Translations under genes and position numbers: made by a program | The notes under the pieces: generated by a model | The model's database searches: none | What the model was told of the DNA's origin: nothing | What the model saw: the letters and a program-made list of their open reading frames with translations, nothing else | From: an uncultured Atribacterota bacterium | GTDB taxonomy: Bacteria; Atribacterota; Phoenicimicrobiia; Phoenicimicrobiales; Stramentimicrobiaceae | Direction: 5' to 3' | DNA length: 57,373 nt | Assembly (NCBI GenBank): GCA_964525625.1 | Contig: CAZGKY010000001.1 | Coordinates: forward strand, 1 to 57,373 | In this document: one piece after another, positions 37,213-50,740 of the stretch | Layout: the number at the start of each line of letters is the position of its first letter | How positions within the stretch are numbered: position 1 is the first letter of the stretch

Positions 37213-37971
37213 TTAATTTATATATCCTAATCTTTTAGAGGCTTCTTTTGCGCTTTTTTTCACTATTTTTGATAATTCATCTATTCTATTATCTGTAATT
37301 GATGAAATATGACCAGCTATATTAACTGAAGCAACGACTTTGCCATTATAATCGAAAATTGGTGCTCCAATACATCGATGACCAATAGCATACCATTGGT
37401 CATCCATTGCATATTCTTTTTCTTTCACTTTTTTTAATTCCGTTCTTATTTGAGTTTCATTCTTTAGTGTATATTCTGTATATTGGATAAAATCAATTTT
37501 GCTTATTATTGAATTCAATTGCTCTTCATCTAAATAGGCTGCCAAAACTATACCTGCTACACAACAATTGATATCAACTATAGCTCCTATTCCTGGTACA
37601 TTAATTAAATTATCGTGTTTTTTAATTACATCTAAAAACAACACTTTCCCTTTATAAAGTACACCTAATTCAACAATCTCTTTAGTTTCTTCTGCTAAAT
37701 TTTCTAATATATCTTTTATTTCATTTCTAACGTCTAATTTTGATAATATACTAGTGAAAAGATTCAAAATTTTTAAATCTAGTTTCCATAAATCTTCTGC
37801 TTCATTCCTATATTTATATACATATCCTAAATCCATTAATGTATTTAATATTCTATAAATTGAGGATCTAGAAATATGTGTTTCCTTGAAAATATCCTCA
37901 ATAGATAACGGTCCGAATAATGAAAGTTTCTCTATTATCATTATTCCTCTAGTCAATAAATTTTCTTTCAC
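37213..37971 (-). CDS. IclR-family transcriptional regulator
   Basis: 252 aa with an N-terminal wHTH (LSIEDIFKETHISRSSIYRILNTLMDLGYV) and a C-terminal effector domain. Confidence 0.88.
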   Translation of the reverse strand: MKENLLTRGIMIIEKLSLFGPLSIEDIFKETHISRSSIYRILNTLMDLGYVYKYRNEAEDLWKLDLKILNLFTSILSKLDVRNEIKDILENLAEETKEIVELGVLYKGKVLFLDVIKKHDNLINVPGIGAIVDINCCVAGIVLAAYLDEEQLNSIISKIDFIQYTEYTLKNETQIRTELKKVKEKEYAMDDQWYAIGHRCIGAPIFDYNGKVVASVNIAGHISSITDNRIDELSKIVKKSAKEASKRLGYIN

Positions 37972-38143
37972 CTTTAATAACCCTCGATATTAAAATATAG
38001 AATTTGATCCATATTTCTAGTAATATTCCTCTTGCCCAGAGTTTTAGAAAAAATAAACTTTTGCCAAATTACTTTACTCTTTATGGTTAAACTATTTTAT
38101 TTGACCATTATAATATCCTTAAAATAAAGAAATTGGAAATACA

Positions 38144-40669
38144 TTAATCTATGACCTGGGATTGAGGAACAGTAGCTACACTAGCCACTTTGTCATCTTG
38201 GTCTAGATTCATAACTTTGACTCCCCTTGAATTTCTGCCAGTTTTACTTATTTCCTGAACTGGAACCCTGATAATAATACCTTTTTGACTTATAATCACC
38301 AGTTCATCTCTTTCGTTTACCACTTTAACAGAAACTACCTTACCTCGCTCCTTGCTTAAGTGAATTGATTTAACTCCCTTGCCTCCTCTATTTTTGGAAA
38401 GAGGATAGAGCTTTAGCGGCGTTCTTTTACCAAAACCATTTTCTGTAATCAGTAGCAAGTCTTCGTCAGAATCTGGCTTAACTAAACTGATATCAATCAA
38501 GTAATCATCTTTAGCAAGAGTAATTCCTCGACATCCCATAGCAGACCTACCCATGGGTCGAATATTTTTTCCAGAAAAATAGGCAGATTTTCCTTGATGA
38601 GTAGTTAAGATAACATTTTCCTCTCCACTGGCCAATCTCACTCCTATTAGTTCGTCACCATCATTGAGAGAAATGGCAATAATTTCTTTGTTTTTTAGGT
38701 TAGCAAATTCATGTAGAGGAACTTTTTTAACCTTTCCCTGTCTGGTAGCCATATAAAGAAACAAACCATCTATTTCGCGCGATCTTTTAAATTCTGTTTC
38801 ACGAATAGGAATAACTGTGGTAATTCTTTCCTTTTTCTCAATACCTAACAAATTAACTACCGCAATTCCTCGAGAGGTTCTGCCACCCTCTGGAATTTGA
38901 TAGGCTTTCCTTCGGTAGACAGTGCCTTTGTTGGAGAAAAATAAGATGTCATGCAAATTGGTAGTAATATAAAGATTATCAACCAGGTCCTCTTTTTTAA
39001 CCCCCATTCCAATAATTCCTTTACCACCCCTTCTCTGTTTGCGATAAGTATTTAAAGGTAATCGTTTTAAATATCCATCTTTGGTATAAGTAATTACAAT
39101 ATCTTCTTCAGCAATAAAATCTTCCACTTCCAACTCTTTTTCTTCTTTGACAATCTGGGTAAGTCTATGATCGGCATATTTACTCTTCAAATCCAATAAT
39201 TCATCCTTGATAGTGAGCATCAGTTTTCTTTCATTTCCCAAGATATCCTCCAGATAGGCAATTCTTTTGATCAGCTCTAAATACTCTTCTTCCAGTTTTT
39301 TGGTCTCCAGAGAGGTTAACTTCTGTAAACGCATATCTAAAATAGCTTGAGCCTGTTTTTCACTGAGCAGGAAGCGACTCATTAAGCTTTGACGAGCGGT
39401 ATCAACATCCTTTGATTTTTTGATAATCTGCACCACTTCATCGATATTAGCTAAAGCAATCTTAAGTCCTTCTAGAATATGCGCCCTTTCTTTAGCTTGT
39501 TTTAATTCATATCGGGAACGGCGCTCCACAACTGTCTTACGATGTGCCAAAAAACAATGTAGTGCTTCAGGTAAGGTGAGCAATTTTGGTTTCCCATCCA
39601 CTATAGCTAAAAGATTAATTCCAAAAGTGGTTTGCAAATTAGTATGTTTAAATAAATTATTGAGAAGCACATTGACATTAGTATCTTTTCTCAAGTCCAG
39701 AACAATGCGCATTCCATTTCGATCTGACTCATCTCGCAAGGCAGTAATTTCAGTAATTTTTTTATCCTGCACCAAGTTAGCTATATCTTCAACCAAACTT
39801 GCTTTATTAACCTGATAAGGTAACTCTTTTACCACCAACACTGAGGCATTCTTACTTTTTTTCTCAAAATTTTCCGATACCACTTTGGCTTGTAAAGTAA
39901 TTATTCCCTTTCCAGTTTGGTAAGCCTCTTTAATTCCAGATACACCGTATATGGTAGCACCGGTAGGAAAGTCAGGTCCAGGTAATACTTTCATAATTTC
40001 TTCTAATGTTGCCTCTGGATTTTCAATAAGTAGCACACAGGCATCGATAACTTCTCCTAGATTATGAGGGGGAATATTAGTAGCCATACCAACCGCTATA
40101 CCGGAAGAACCATTAATCAGTAATTGAGGAATGGGGGCAGGTAATACCGATGGTTCCTCTAGGGAATTATCAAAATTAGGAATAAAATCAACGGTATCCT
40201 TTTTAATATCAGCAAGCATCTCCTGAGCAAGGGGTGACATCCTGATTTCGGTATAACGCATGGCGGCTGCTGCATCACCATCAACGGAACCAAAATTCCC
40301 TTGACCATCCACCAGAGGATAACGGTAGGAAAAATCCTGAGCCATTCTCACAATAGTATCATATACCGCCATATCACCATGAGGATGATACTTTCCCAAG
40401 GTATCCCCTACAATCCTGGCTGATTTTTTATAGGGCTTATCGGGGGTATTTCCTAGCTTGTACATAGAATAGAGAACACGCCGGTGTACTGGTTTTAAAC
40501 CATCTCGCACATCAGGAATAGCCCTTCCCACGATTACACTCATCGCATAATTAAGGTAAGATGTTTTAATCTCATCAGTAATATCAGTAGGCAATTCCTG
40601 AGGTCCAGTTACCTTTATTGTTTCTCTTTCTTCCTGATTTTCTTTATTTTTATCTAAATCATTACTCAA
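38144..40669 (-). CDS. gyrA: DNA gyrase subunit A
   Basis: 841 aa with [17 protein letters not shown] (active-site Tyr) and C-terminal beta-pinwheel repeats. Confidence 0.97.
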   Translation of the reverse strand: MSNDLDKNKENQEERETIKVTGPQELPTDITDEIKTSYLNYAMSVIVGRAIPDVRDGLKPVHRRVLYSMYKLGNTPDKPYKKSARIVGDTLGKYHPHGDMAVYDTIVRMAQDFSYRYPLVDGQGNFGSVDGDAAAAMRYTEIRMSPLAQEMLADIKKDTVDFIPNFDNSLEEPSVLPAPIPQLLINGSSGIAVGMATNIPPHNLGEVIDACVLLIENPEATLEEIMKVLPGPDFPTGATIYGVSGIKEAYQTGKGIITLQAKVVSENFEKKSKNASVLVVKELPYQVNKASLVEDIANLVQDKKITEITALRDESDRNGMRIVLDLRKDTNVNVLLNNLFKHTNLQTTFGINLLAIVDGKPKLLTLPEALHCFLAHRKTVVERRSRYELKQAKERAHILEGLKIALANIDEVVQIIKKSKDVDTARQSLMSRFLLSEKQAQAILDMRLQKLTSLETKKLEEEYLELIKRIAYLEDILGNERKLMLTIKDELLDLKSKYADHRLTQIVKEEKELEVEDFIAEEDIVITYTKDGYLKRLPLNTYRKQRRGGKGIIGMGVKKEDLVDNLYITTNLHDILFFSNKGTVYRRKAYQIPEGGRTSRGIAVVNLLGIEKKERITTVIPIRETEFKRSREIDGLFLYMATRQGKVKKVPLHEFANLKNKEIIAISLNDGDELIGVRLASGEENVILTTHQGKSAYFSGKNIRPMGRSAMGCRGITLAKDDYLIDISLVKPDSDEDLLLITENGFGKRTPLKLYPLSKNRGGKGVKSIHLSKERGKVVSVKVVNERDELVIISQKGIIIRVPVQEISKTGRNSRGVKVMNLDQDDKVASVATVPQSQVID

Positions 40670-40720
40670 TTTTTATTTACCTGACTTTTAATTTTAACTT
40701 TTTGCTATTTAATAAAATTA

Positions 40721-42724
<2,004 letters not shown>

Positions 42725-42876
42725 TTAACATTATATTTAGTATATAATTTTTTTATATAATACTATATAAAAGGTTTTTTGTCAATTTTCACAACGGATC
42801 ACGTTTTATTTAATATTTAAATTATTTTTAACTATTTTTTATATTAGCATATATAATTTATGTATACTATAATTTA

Positions 42877-43194
42877 TTACTTATTGATAAAGTTATTGGA
42901 ACTTATTTTTATAATTATTTCCTCTATATAGTTCTGACCAATACTCTTGTTAATAATATTTATTATCTCTCCTTTACGAACTCTTACTTCATTAGCCCAA
43001 ATATGATTTTTTACCATTAAAAAAAGAGTATTATTCTGTATTTTTATCGGTTTTGTATTGAGTGCAAATTTAGGCGGAAAAAGACCTCCCCAGTTTTTAA
43101 ACAGATGGTATCCCTCAATTCTTTGATTCCAATTACGTTTCTTTAAAAAATTTTTTATAACCTCATTTATGTGTATGGGTTCGTTATTATTCAT
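42877..43194 (-). CDS. DUF721 (DciA-like) protein
   Basis: 105 aa in the conserved position between recF and gyrB. It overlaps the recF stop by 4 nt. Confidence 0.7.
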   Translation of the reverse strand: MNNNEPIHINEVIKNFLKKRNWNQRIEGYHLFKNWGGLFPPKFALNTKPIKIQNNTLFLMVKNHIWANEVRVRKGEIINIINKSIGQNYIEEIIIKISSNNFINK

Positions 43195-44339
43195 TGCTGT
43201 TCTTTTACTATCCCATTATTAACTAAAAATATTTTTGATTGTTTAATGCTATCATATTGTATCAAATCATGTAAATCAATACTGGTAATAAATGTTTGGA
43301 GTGACCTGTCACTAATTAATTTAATTAAAAATAGTCTTCTTTCAGAATCAAGCTCTGATAAAACATCATCTAATAATAATGGTGGATACTCCTTATCTTT
43401 TTCTCTTATTAATTCTAATTCAGCCATTTTGAGAGCTAACACAGCTGAACGTTGCTGTCCCTGTGAGCCATATATACCTAAATCTATTAAATTGTTCATG
43501 ACCAAATAATCATCTCTATGAGGACCAACAGTGCTCATTTTAAGTCGATAATCCTTCTCTTTATTATAATTAAGTTTTTGGATAAAAGCATTCTGTATCT
43601 CTTCCTTATTTTCAGTATAACTTGTTATTACATTGCTATTATATTTCAGCTTTAATGTATCTTTGTTCTTGGTCATCATATGATGAATAATTTTGGCTTT
43701 TTGATTCATTAACTGTAATGTTTTAGCTCTATATAAGATAATTAAACTGCCTAATTCCACCATTTTTTGATTCCAGATGCTTAAATGTCTATCTAAATTA
43801 GTCTTATTCTTTTCAGATTTCAATAGGATATTTCTTTGAAATAATATCCTATTATAGTCTTTTAAATGCTGTTCATAAATGGGATGGAGATTAATAATTA
43901 CCTCATCAAGAAATCTTCGTCTTACTGCAGGAGAGCTTTTAATAATTTGTAAATCTTCTGGGGTAAAGATGACCGGGGTAAATCTTTCTTTAAGCCATGA
44001 TTTTTGCTGAAATTTTTTGTTTACTTTAATTGTTTTTTTTACTCTTTTCGCTAAAATATCTGTTTGATCAACATTCTGGAACAAGATATTAATTTGGAAA
44101 TATTCCTTTGCCTTATCAACTTCACCTAAAAGATAACATTTTTTTTCATTCCAGTTAATTAAATTGGAATCATCTTTTGTTCGATATGAACTCCCCCTTA
44201 ATAAAGTATATATTGATTCAATAATATTTGTTTTCCCCTGAGCATTATTTCCGATAAAAATATTCAGTGAATTATGAAAAAGAATAGTAACATCTAAAAA
44301 ATTCCTGAAATTAATCAATCTAATTTTATTAACATTCAA
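43191..44339 (-). CDS. recF: DNA replication/repair protein RecF
   Basis: 382 aa with Walker A GNNAQGKTN, a signature-like GSQGQQRS and Walker B LLLDDVLSELD. Confidence 0.93.
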   Translation of the reverse strand: MNVNKIRLINFRNFLDVTILFHNSLNIFIGNNAQGKTNIIESIYTLLRGSSYRTKDDSNLINWNEKKCYLLGEVDKAKEYFQINILFQNVDQTDILAKRVKKTIKVNKKFQQKSWLKERFTPVIFTPEDLQIIKSSPAVRRRFLDEVIINLHPIYEQHLKDYNRILFQRNILLKSEKNKTNLDRHLSIWNQKMVELGSLIILYRAKTLQLMNQKAKIIHHMMTKNKDTLKLKYNSNVITSYTENKEEIQNAFIQKLNYNKEKDYRLKMSTVGPHRDDYLVMNNLIDLGIYGSQGQQRSAVLALKMAELELIREKDKEYPPLLLDDVLSELDSERRLFLIKLISDRSLQTFITSIDLHDLIQYDSIKQSKIFLVNNGIVKEQQ

Positions 44340-44361
44340 GAGAGGCTTCCTTCCCAGTATT

Positions 44362-45534
44362 TTAATCCATTCTTACTGGCATCAAAATATAATTATATTG
44401 CTCCTCTTTTTCCACTGGATTAATCATAGCAGGATTAAGATTCTCATTTAGCTTTATCTCCGTTTGGTCTGTTTTAATTACTCTCAAAACATCAATGATA
44501 TAACGAGAATTAAAAGCAATTCCCACATAATCGCCTTCTACTAAACAGGGAATTTGTTCTTGAGCCTCTCCAATATCAGGAGTTGTGGCCTTTAAGATTA
44601 ATTCTCCCTTATGTTCTCCTTTTTGTTGAGAATAAATATTAACCTCCATTTTAATAGTATTAAAATCCTCTTTTACAAACAGAGTAATCCTTTCCATTCT
44701 TTGCCTAAACTCTTCTGTATCTATTTTGACTATAGTTTTAAATTGCTGAGGTATGATCTGATGGTAATCTGGATATTGTCCATCAATTATACGAGAGAAT
44801 AGTCTAATCTTATTCTTTTCGCCTTCTGGATTTAGAATAAAGACTACCTGCTTCTCCCCTATAGTAATCTCTACTATACTATCTTCTTCATAATTTAGTA
44901 GTTTGAACAATTCAGATAATGCCCGCTGAGGAATAATAACTTCAAATGGATTATCTGTTTCGATGGTATTTTTACCAGATAATCTAATCTTCTTCAGAGC
45001 CAATCTATGACTATCAGTTGCAGCAACTTCTAATCCCTTTTCTACCCTTTTAAATAATACACCATTTAAAAAAGACCTGTTTTCATCTTTTGCAGAAGCA
45101 AAAATTACTTCCTGAATGGTATCCTTTAACACCTTATTTGTTAATTTAATTCTTATTTTACTTTGAATTTCAGGAAAGGGAGAAAAATCCTCAGCAGAAA
45201 AACCAAGAATCTTATAATTTGATAAATCTTCTTCTCTAATATAAATTATATTATCTTTATCTACTTCAATTTCAATATTTCCTTCTGGAAACTTCCTTAT
45301 TAAATCAACAAAAATTTTATTGGGAATAACTACTGCACCCTGTTCAATAATCTGAGCTGAAATATAACAGTCAATTCCAATTTCTAAATCGGTGGAAAAT
45401 AAATGAATTCTATTATCTTTGGTAACTTCAAAAAGAATTCCACTAAATATAGGAAGACCTAATTTTGTAGTAATGGCTTTTTGTACTATTTGAGTTCCAT
45501 TTTCTAAACTTTTTTGTGAACATATTACTTTCAT
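44362..45534 (-). CDS. dnaN: DNA polymerase III beta sliding clamp
   Basis: 390 aa, in conserved synteny after dnaA. C-terminal ...NYILMPVRM is typical for this protein. Confidence 0.93.
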   Translation of the reverse strand: MKVICSQKSLENGTQIVQKAITTKLGLPIFSGILFEVTKDNRIHLFSTDLEIGIDCYISAQIIEQGAVVIPNKIFVDLIRKFPEGNIEIEVDKDNIIYIREEDLSNYKILGFSAEDFSPFPEIQSKIRIKLTNKVLKDTIQEVIFASAKDENRSFLNGVLFKRVEKGLEVAATDSHRLALKKIRLSGKNTIETDNPFEVIIPQRALSELFKLLNYEEDSIVEITIGEKQVVFILNPEGEKNKIRLFSRIIDGQYPDYHQIIPQQFKTIVKIDTEEFRQRMERITLFVKEDFNTIKMEVNIYSQQKGEHKGELILKATTPDIGEAQEQIPCLVEGDYVGIAFNSRYIIDVLRVIKTDQTEIKLNENLNPAMINPVEKEEQYNYILMPVRMD

Positions 45535-45945
45535 TATTTTTCTCCTATCAATAAAGTTAAATATATTTCCTGTGGATTAAATATCAGTACCCAGATGGTC
45601 TATTAATTTTTAAACTTTTAATTTGATAATAATAAAAAAACTTCTTGGTAATAGTATCTTTAATACTTATTTTTACTAATTTTAGATTTAATGAGAATTA
45701 GTATTAATAGTAATAACGATGTTCATTATGTTAATAATGATAGCAGTCCTTTATTATTTGATAAAAAAATATGTGAATATTATTCTTAATAACCGTTGTA
45801 TTTTTTTAACAGTATTCACATTTTATTTAATTAAAATTATTAGATCATTAGACTATATATTTTAGTTATTAGTAAATGAGAATAATTTTTTTGCAAAAAG
45901 ATAATAAGAGATAAAGGACTATAATTATTTAATAGAATTTATTAT

Positions 45946-47310
45946 TTAGGAACTATTTTGTATTTTATTGATCAAGCGGTCTATATGTAATTTAAGTTTC
46001 TTATCAGTCTTTAATTGCTCCTTAATTTTATTACAGGAATGTATTACTGTAGTGTGATCCTTCCCACCAAAAAAGTCACCTATCATTGGAAGAGAATAAT
46101 CTGTCAATTCTCTTGAGAGATACATAGCAATATGGCGAGCAGTAACTATATTTTTTGTTCTTTTTTTTGATAGTAATACACCTGGCTTAATATTAAAATA
46201 TTCTGCTATGAATTTTTGAATTAATTGAATAGATATTTCTTTGTCTTCAATGGGAATAAAATCTCTTAATATCTGTTTTGCCAGGGTAAGATCAATCTCT
46301 CTTTGAGCAGTTAAAGTAATATAGGCATTTAGTTTATTTAAAGCTCCTTCTAATTGGCGAATATTAGAAGGAATTTTATTGGCAATATAATTAATAATTT
46401 CCTCTGATAGTTCTAAATGATACCCTTCTGCCTTTTTTTGTAATATGGCAATTCTAGTTTCTAAGTCAGGAGGTTGAATATCTGTAATTAAACCCCACTC
46501 AAATCTGGAAATTAGGCGACTTTCTAAGTTAGTAATTTCTTTTGGTGGACGATCAGAGGTAATGACAATTTGTTTGCTGGCATTATAGAGAGAATTAAAA
46601 GTATGAAAAAATTCTTCTTGAGTCCTTTCTTTACCAGCTAGAAATTGTATATCATCAATAAGTAATATATCAAAATTTCGGTATTTTTCTCGGAAAGCCT
46701 CTGTTGCATCATCTCTTATAGAATTAATTAGTTCATTAGTAAATTTTTCAGAAGAGATATAAGCGATATTGATAGAATGAATAGAATTTTTATTAACAAT
46801 GTAGTTGCCTATGCCATGCATGAGATGTGTTTTCCCTAAACCGACACCTCCATAGACAAATAGAGGATTATAAGATTTAGCAGGAGATTGAGCAACTGCC
46901 AGGCAAGCAGCGTGTGCAAAACGATTACTGTCTCCTACTACAAAATTATCGAAAGTATATTTAATATTTAACTCAGTTTCTTCATATCTTTTCTGAAGGA
47001 GGTCTTTATTTAACCTTTCCGGGTTATCTTTACTAATTCTTTGGTTTTGAGATGATTCTATATTAAATTTTATTACCATATTATCGTCAAAACCAAACTG
47101 GTCAATAAGAATATCTTTAATTAACTGGTAATAGTTTTTTTCCAGCCAATTTTTGCAAAAAGTATTTGGAACAGCCAAGTATAGTTCATTATTTTTAAAA
47201 TCGATATATTTAATTTGGGAAAACCAGGTATTATACATTTGAGGGCTTAATCTTTCTCGAATTATATTCAAGACATCATCCCATTTTTTATTAAATTGAT
47301 AATAATTCAT
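45946..47310 (-). CDS. dnaA: Chromosomal replication initiator DnaA
   Basis: AAA+ motifs GGVGLGKTHLMH and LLIDDIQFL, plus the C-terminal DnaA-box binding domain (DHTTVIH). ATG 47310 follows GAAGGAA; the track ORF starts at TTG 47331. Confidence 0.96.
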   Translation of the reverse strand: MNYYQFNKKWDDVLNIIRERLSPQMYNTWFSQIKYIDFKNNELYLAVPNTFCKNWLEKNYYQLIKDILIDQFGFDDNMVIKFNIESSQNQRISKDNPERLNKDLLQKRYEETELNIKYTFDNFVVGDSNRFAHAACLAVAQSPAKSYNPLFVYGGVGLGKTHLMHGIGNYIVNKNSIHSINIAYISSEKFTNELINSIRDDATEAFREKYRNFDILLIDDIQFLAGKERTQEEFFHTFNSLYNASKQIVITSDRPPKEITNLESRLISRFEWGLITDIQPPDLETRIAILQKKAEGYHLELSEEIINYIANKIPSNIRQLEGALNKLNAYITLTAQREIDLTLAKQILRDFIPIEDKEISIQLIQKFIAEYFNIKPGVLLSKKRTKNIVTARHIAMYLSRELTDYSLPMIGDFFGGKDHTTVIHSCNKIKEQLKTDKKLKLHIDRLINKIQNSS

Positions 47311-48382
47311 AATTATTCCTTCAATAAACAATAAACATTATTAATAAGATTAGTTTTGAGTATTTTTATAAATTTGTCTGATTTATATGGACAAATTATG
47401 ATTTAATTTATCATTTTTTAAAAATTATTAACATTATTAACATTAAGCTGTGGAAAACAGTTTCTATTTCTATTGCTGCTGAATAAAAAGCTTTTCGAAA
47501 AGTATCTACTTTTTTAGAAAAAAATCCATCAGGAATATTTAACAAAATTAAAGGGTTTTCAGTTAATTCACAGCTTATTAACAATTGTGGAAAAACTAGA
47601 TTAAAGTTTAATTTACACAAAAATATGTAACATATAGTAACCATAAAACATTCTTCAAGACATTCAAGGTTAAATCTTCTAATCATAATCACAACTTTAA
47701 TATCGGAGAAAATGATTCTGTAATTTTTGCTAAAACAAAAAAATTATATATTCCGTATTTAATTATTGCTATGGGGTTTCATAAAATAATAAGAATAAAA
47801 ACAAGATTTAATTATTTTACAATAATAGTAATCTAGTTTCTAATAAAAGACAAGTGTAATTTTATGATATTATTATACTACTAATATTAAATTATTAGCG
47901 AAAATTGACAAATAAAAAAAGCGTAATTTAGTTGATCCAATTCTACTGGAATATAGGCGTCAACTCTCTATTAATATGTTCTTCCCGATTATTTAGAATA
48001 GAAACTTATATTGTTTCCCTTTAACAAAAGGATGAGTTTAATTTAGAATAAGCTTACAATTGTAAAGGATTTGATTCTCAGATAATACCACAATAATAGT
48101 TCAGTGAAGAAAAGTTAAGAGTATTTCTGGAGAACTTATTCTTTAAAATTATTAACATAAGCCTGGCAAGAGTTATATTTGACATAGCTACAATTTAATA
48201 GTTATAATAAAAAATTATGATAATATTATAATTAAACCATAATAAGGCAATATTGATTTTAACACTTTATATGAGATAGAATTTAAAGTACTTTCAATTC
48301 ATAGTATTTATAGTATAAATTATAGTATTATTAACATTTAGAAAAAAGAATGATAATTTATTTGAAGGAGAGAAGATTATAA
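47311..48382. other. Probable oriC region (dnaA-rpmH intergenic)
   Basis: About 1.1 kb, very AT-rich and non-coding, between divergently transcribed dnaA and rpmH. TGTGGAAAA (one mismatch from the TGTGGATAA DnaA box) occurs at 47449-47457 and 47585-47593. Confidence 0.55.
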
Positions 48383-48523
48383 ATGAAACGCACTTATCAG
48401 CCTAATAACCGAAAAAAACTAAAGGTACATGGATTTCGTAGTCGTATGAGTACGAAAAGTGGAAGACTAATTTTAAAAAGGAGAAGACAAAAAGGAAGGA
48501 AGAGATTAACCGTTTCCGGTTAA
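48383..48523 (+). CDS. rpmH: 50S ribosomal protein L34
   Basis: Not in the ORF track. [46 protein letters not shown] (46 aa). GAAGGAGAG RBS upstream. Confidence 0.95.
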   Translation: MKRTYQPNNRKKLKVHGFRSRMSTKSGRLILKRRRQKGRKRLTVSG

Positions 48524-48531
48524 ATAAGACC

Positions 48532-48867
48532 TTGGAAAAAGAAGGTTTAAAAGGCAGTAGTGAATTTAAAAGAGTTTTTTCTAAAGGAAATCGCAAATCA
48601 GGCAGATACATTACCGTATATTTATTATCAGGACAGCAGGGAAATAGTAAAGTCGGGATTATTATTAAAAAGAGTATAGGCAAAGCAGTACAACGCAATA
48701 AAATTAAACGAAGATTAAGAGCGATCTGGCACCGAAAATGTAAAAGAATAATATCTGGCTGTTATGTTATAATTTTAGCTAGAAGGGAAATTTTACAGGC
48801 TCCCTTTACAGAAATTGAACAGGAGTTGCTAAGACTATTACAAATAAATAATATATCAAAACATTAA
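48532..48867 (+). CDS. rnpA: Ribonuclease P protein component
   Basis: 111 aa, basic, with the RNR-like motif AVQRNKIKRRLR. Lies directly after rpmH. TTG start. Confidence 0.88.
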   Translation: MEKEGLKGSSEFKRVFSKGNRKSGRYITVYLLSGQQGNSKVGIIIKKSIGKAVQRNKIKRRLRAIWHRKCKRIISGCYVIILARREILQAPFTEIEQELLRLLQINNISKH

Positions 48868-48911
48868 AGATAATAATATTATAATAAAAATATTAGTCTG
48901 ACATAAATAAA

Positions 48912-49136
48912 ATGAACAGATTGTTAATAAGAACAATTATATTTTATCAAAAGTATATTTCCCCCTTGAAACCCTCCACATGTAGGTTTTATCCTACATG
49001 TTCAGAATATGCTATTAGTGCTATTAAGAAATATGGTTGCATCAGGGGAACCTTTTTATCCCTAAGAAGAGTATTGCGTTGCCATCCCTACCACCCCGGT
49101 GGTTATGATCCTGTGCCGGATAAATTTATTAACTAA
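48912..49136 (+). CDS. yidD: Membrane protein insertion efficiency factor YidD
   Basis: 74 aa with [21 protein letters not shown] and HPGGYDPVP. Confidence 0.93.
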   Translation: MNRLLIRTIIFYQKYISPLKPSTCRFYPTCSEYAISAIKKYGCIRGTFLSLRRVLRCHPYHPGGYDPVPDKFIN

Positions 49137-49216
49137 AGAAGAAATAAATTATTAGTAAAGAATATGTTATGAATATTGGAATGAAGCAAAGTTTTTAAGA
49201 AAAGGAGAGCAATGTT

Positions 49217-50158
49217 TTGGGAATCTGGAATTCATTAATAAAATTAGTTGAACAGTTACTTAGTATTTTATATGGTATTACTCATAATTATGGATTAGCC
49301 ATAATTTTATTAACCATTATTATACGAATTATTATGTATCCACTAATGCAAAAACAGATGGTTTCTATGCGGGAAACACAAAAGATACAACCACTAATGC
49401 AGGAAATACAGAGAAAATATAAACACGATAAAGAAAGAATGAATCAAGAATTGATGAGGCTTTATAAGGAACATAAGGTCAATCCCATGGGAGGGTGCTT
49501 ACCTCTAATAATTCAGATGCCTATCCTGATTTTGTTCTTTCAGGTACTAAGAGGATTTGAATATTTCATACCTAATACCGAGATCATTGATGGTGGTTTT
49601 CTTTGGATTAAAAACGAGGTTATGTATCAAGGAGAAATGGTTGCAGGATTAGCTGCCCCTGATCAATTATTTGGTGTAGTTGGAAACTATAGTATTGGTA
49701 TTTTACCAATCTTAGTAGGGGTATCTATGTATTTTCAACAAAAACTAACTATGCCACCTATGCCCGTAACTAGTCAGGGGGACAGTTCTTCTAGTCCTGC
49801 TGTCAATACTCAAAAGATGATGGGAACAATTATGCCAGTCATGATTGCCTTTATTAGTTTTAGCTTGCCTTCAGGATTAAGTTTATATTGGTTTACCTCT
49901 ACTCTTTTTGACATTGTACAAAAGCTTTTGATTAATAAAAAAGAGCCAGAAATTAAAAAGGAACCCGATAGCTCTCCAGACAAAGAAACACTGAGTAAGA
50001 AAGAAGAGAAAAAAGAAGAACATAAAGAAGAAAAAGAGATTAGACAAAGGGATAGCGAACAAGAATTTTCTTGGATACCAGGGTATGAAAAAGATACTAC
50101 CAAACAGAATAAAAAAGTTAGTAGAAAGTCAAAACCTCGAGGAGTTAAGGGGAATTGA
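49217..50158 (+). CDS. yidC: Membrane protein insertase YidC (short, Gram-positive-like form) with lysine/glutamate-rich tail
   Basis: 313 aa with YGLAIILLTIIIR, PLMQEIQRKYK and GGCLPLIIQMPI. TTG start 10 nt after AGGAG. Confidence 0.9.
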   Translation: MGIWNSLIKLVEQLLSILYGITHNYGLAIILLTIIIRIIMYPLMQKQMVSMRETQKIQPLMQEIQRKYKHDKERMNQELMRLYKEHKVNPMGGCLPLIIQMPILILFFQVLRGFEYFIPNTEIIDGGFLWIKNEVMYQGEMVAGLAAPDQLFGVVGNYSIGILPILVGVSMYFQQKLTMPPMPVTSQGDSSSSPAVNTQKMMGTIMPVMIAFISFSLPSGLSLYWFTSTLFDIVQKLLINKKEPEIKKEPDSSPDKETLSKKEEKKEEHKEEKEIRQRDSEQEFSWIPGYEKDTTKQNKKVSRKSKPRGVKGN

Positions 50159-50227
50159 TTAAAAGGGTTGTTATGGGGATATTGTATAAAAATAAATTTG
50201 GTAATAATAAGAAAGAGGGATTTTTTA

Positions 50228-50740
50228 TTGGATTTTGAAAATATGGAAATAGAATTTAATGAACAAGACAAAAAAGCCTTACATATTCTTTCCAAAATTG
50301 TAAAATCTATAAGTGCTGATGCAGAAATAAGAGCAGTATCTTCTGATAATATTTATACTATTTTTGAAATTATCAAAGCTGACTCTGGTATTATTATTGG
50401 AAAACATGGACATACTCTTGATGCTATTCAGTATTTGGTTAATCTAATTGTTAACCAGGATAAACAACCAGGCACTCATAAAATCTACTTAGTAGACATC
50501 AATGGTTACCGTAAAAGAAGAGAGGAATCTTTAAAGCGATATGTTAGAGAAAAGGCTGAAATAGCAAAAAGAAAGGGTGAATCCATACCCCTTTATTTTA
50601 TGAATAGTATTGAGAGAAGGATAGTGCATATGGCTCTTAAAGAAGATTCTGAAATAACTACCTATAGTGAAGGGCAGGAACCTTATCGGAAAATTATTAT
50701 CAAACCCCTTTTCATTAAAAACAAGAACAATGAAAATTGA
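50228..50740 (+). CDS. jag: Jag/KhpB RNA-binding protein (KH + R3H domains)
   Basis: GKHGHTLDAIQYL (KH-like) and ERRIVHMAL (R3H). TTG 50228 lies 7 nt after AGAGGGA; ATG 50243 is an alternative start. The track ORF start at 50168 is unlikely. Confidence 0.85.
   Translation: MDFENMEIEFNEQDKKALHILSKIVKSISADAEIRAVSSDNIYTIFEIIKADSGIIIGKHGHTLDAIQYLVNLIVNQDKQPGTHKIYLVDINGYRKRREESLKRYVREKAEIAKRKGESIPLYFMNSIERRIVHMALKEDSEITTYSEGQEPYRKIIIKPLFIKNKNNEN

Noticed and set aside
47411-48698. ORFs 47411-47692 and 48402-48698 (93 and 98 aa).
   Set aside because: The first lies in the AT-rich oriC spacer and spans a DnaA-box motif. The second is antisense to rpmH and rnpA. Neither has an RBS or a plausible protein-like sequence.
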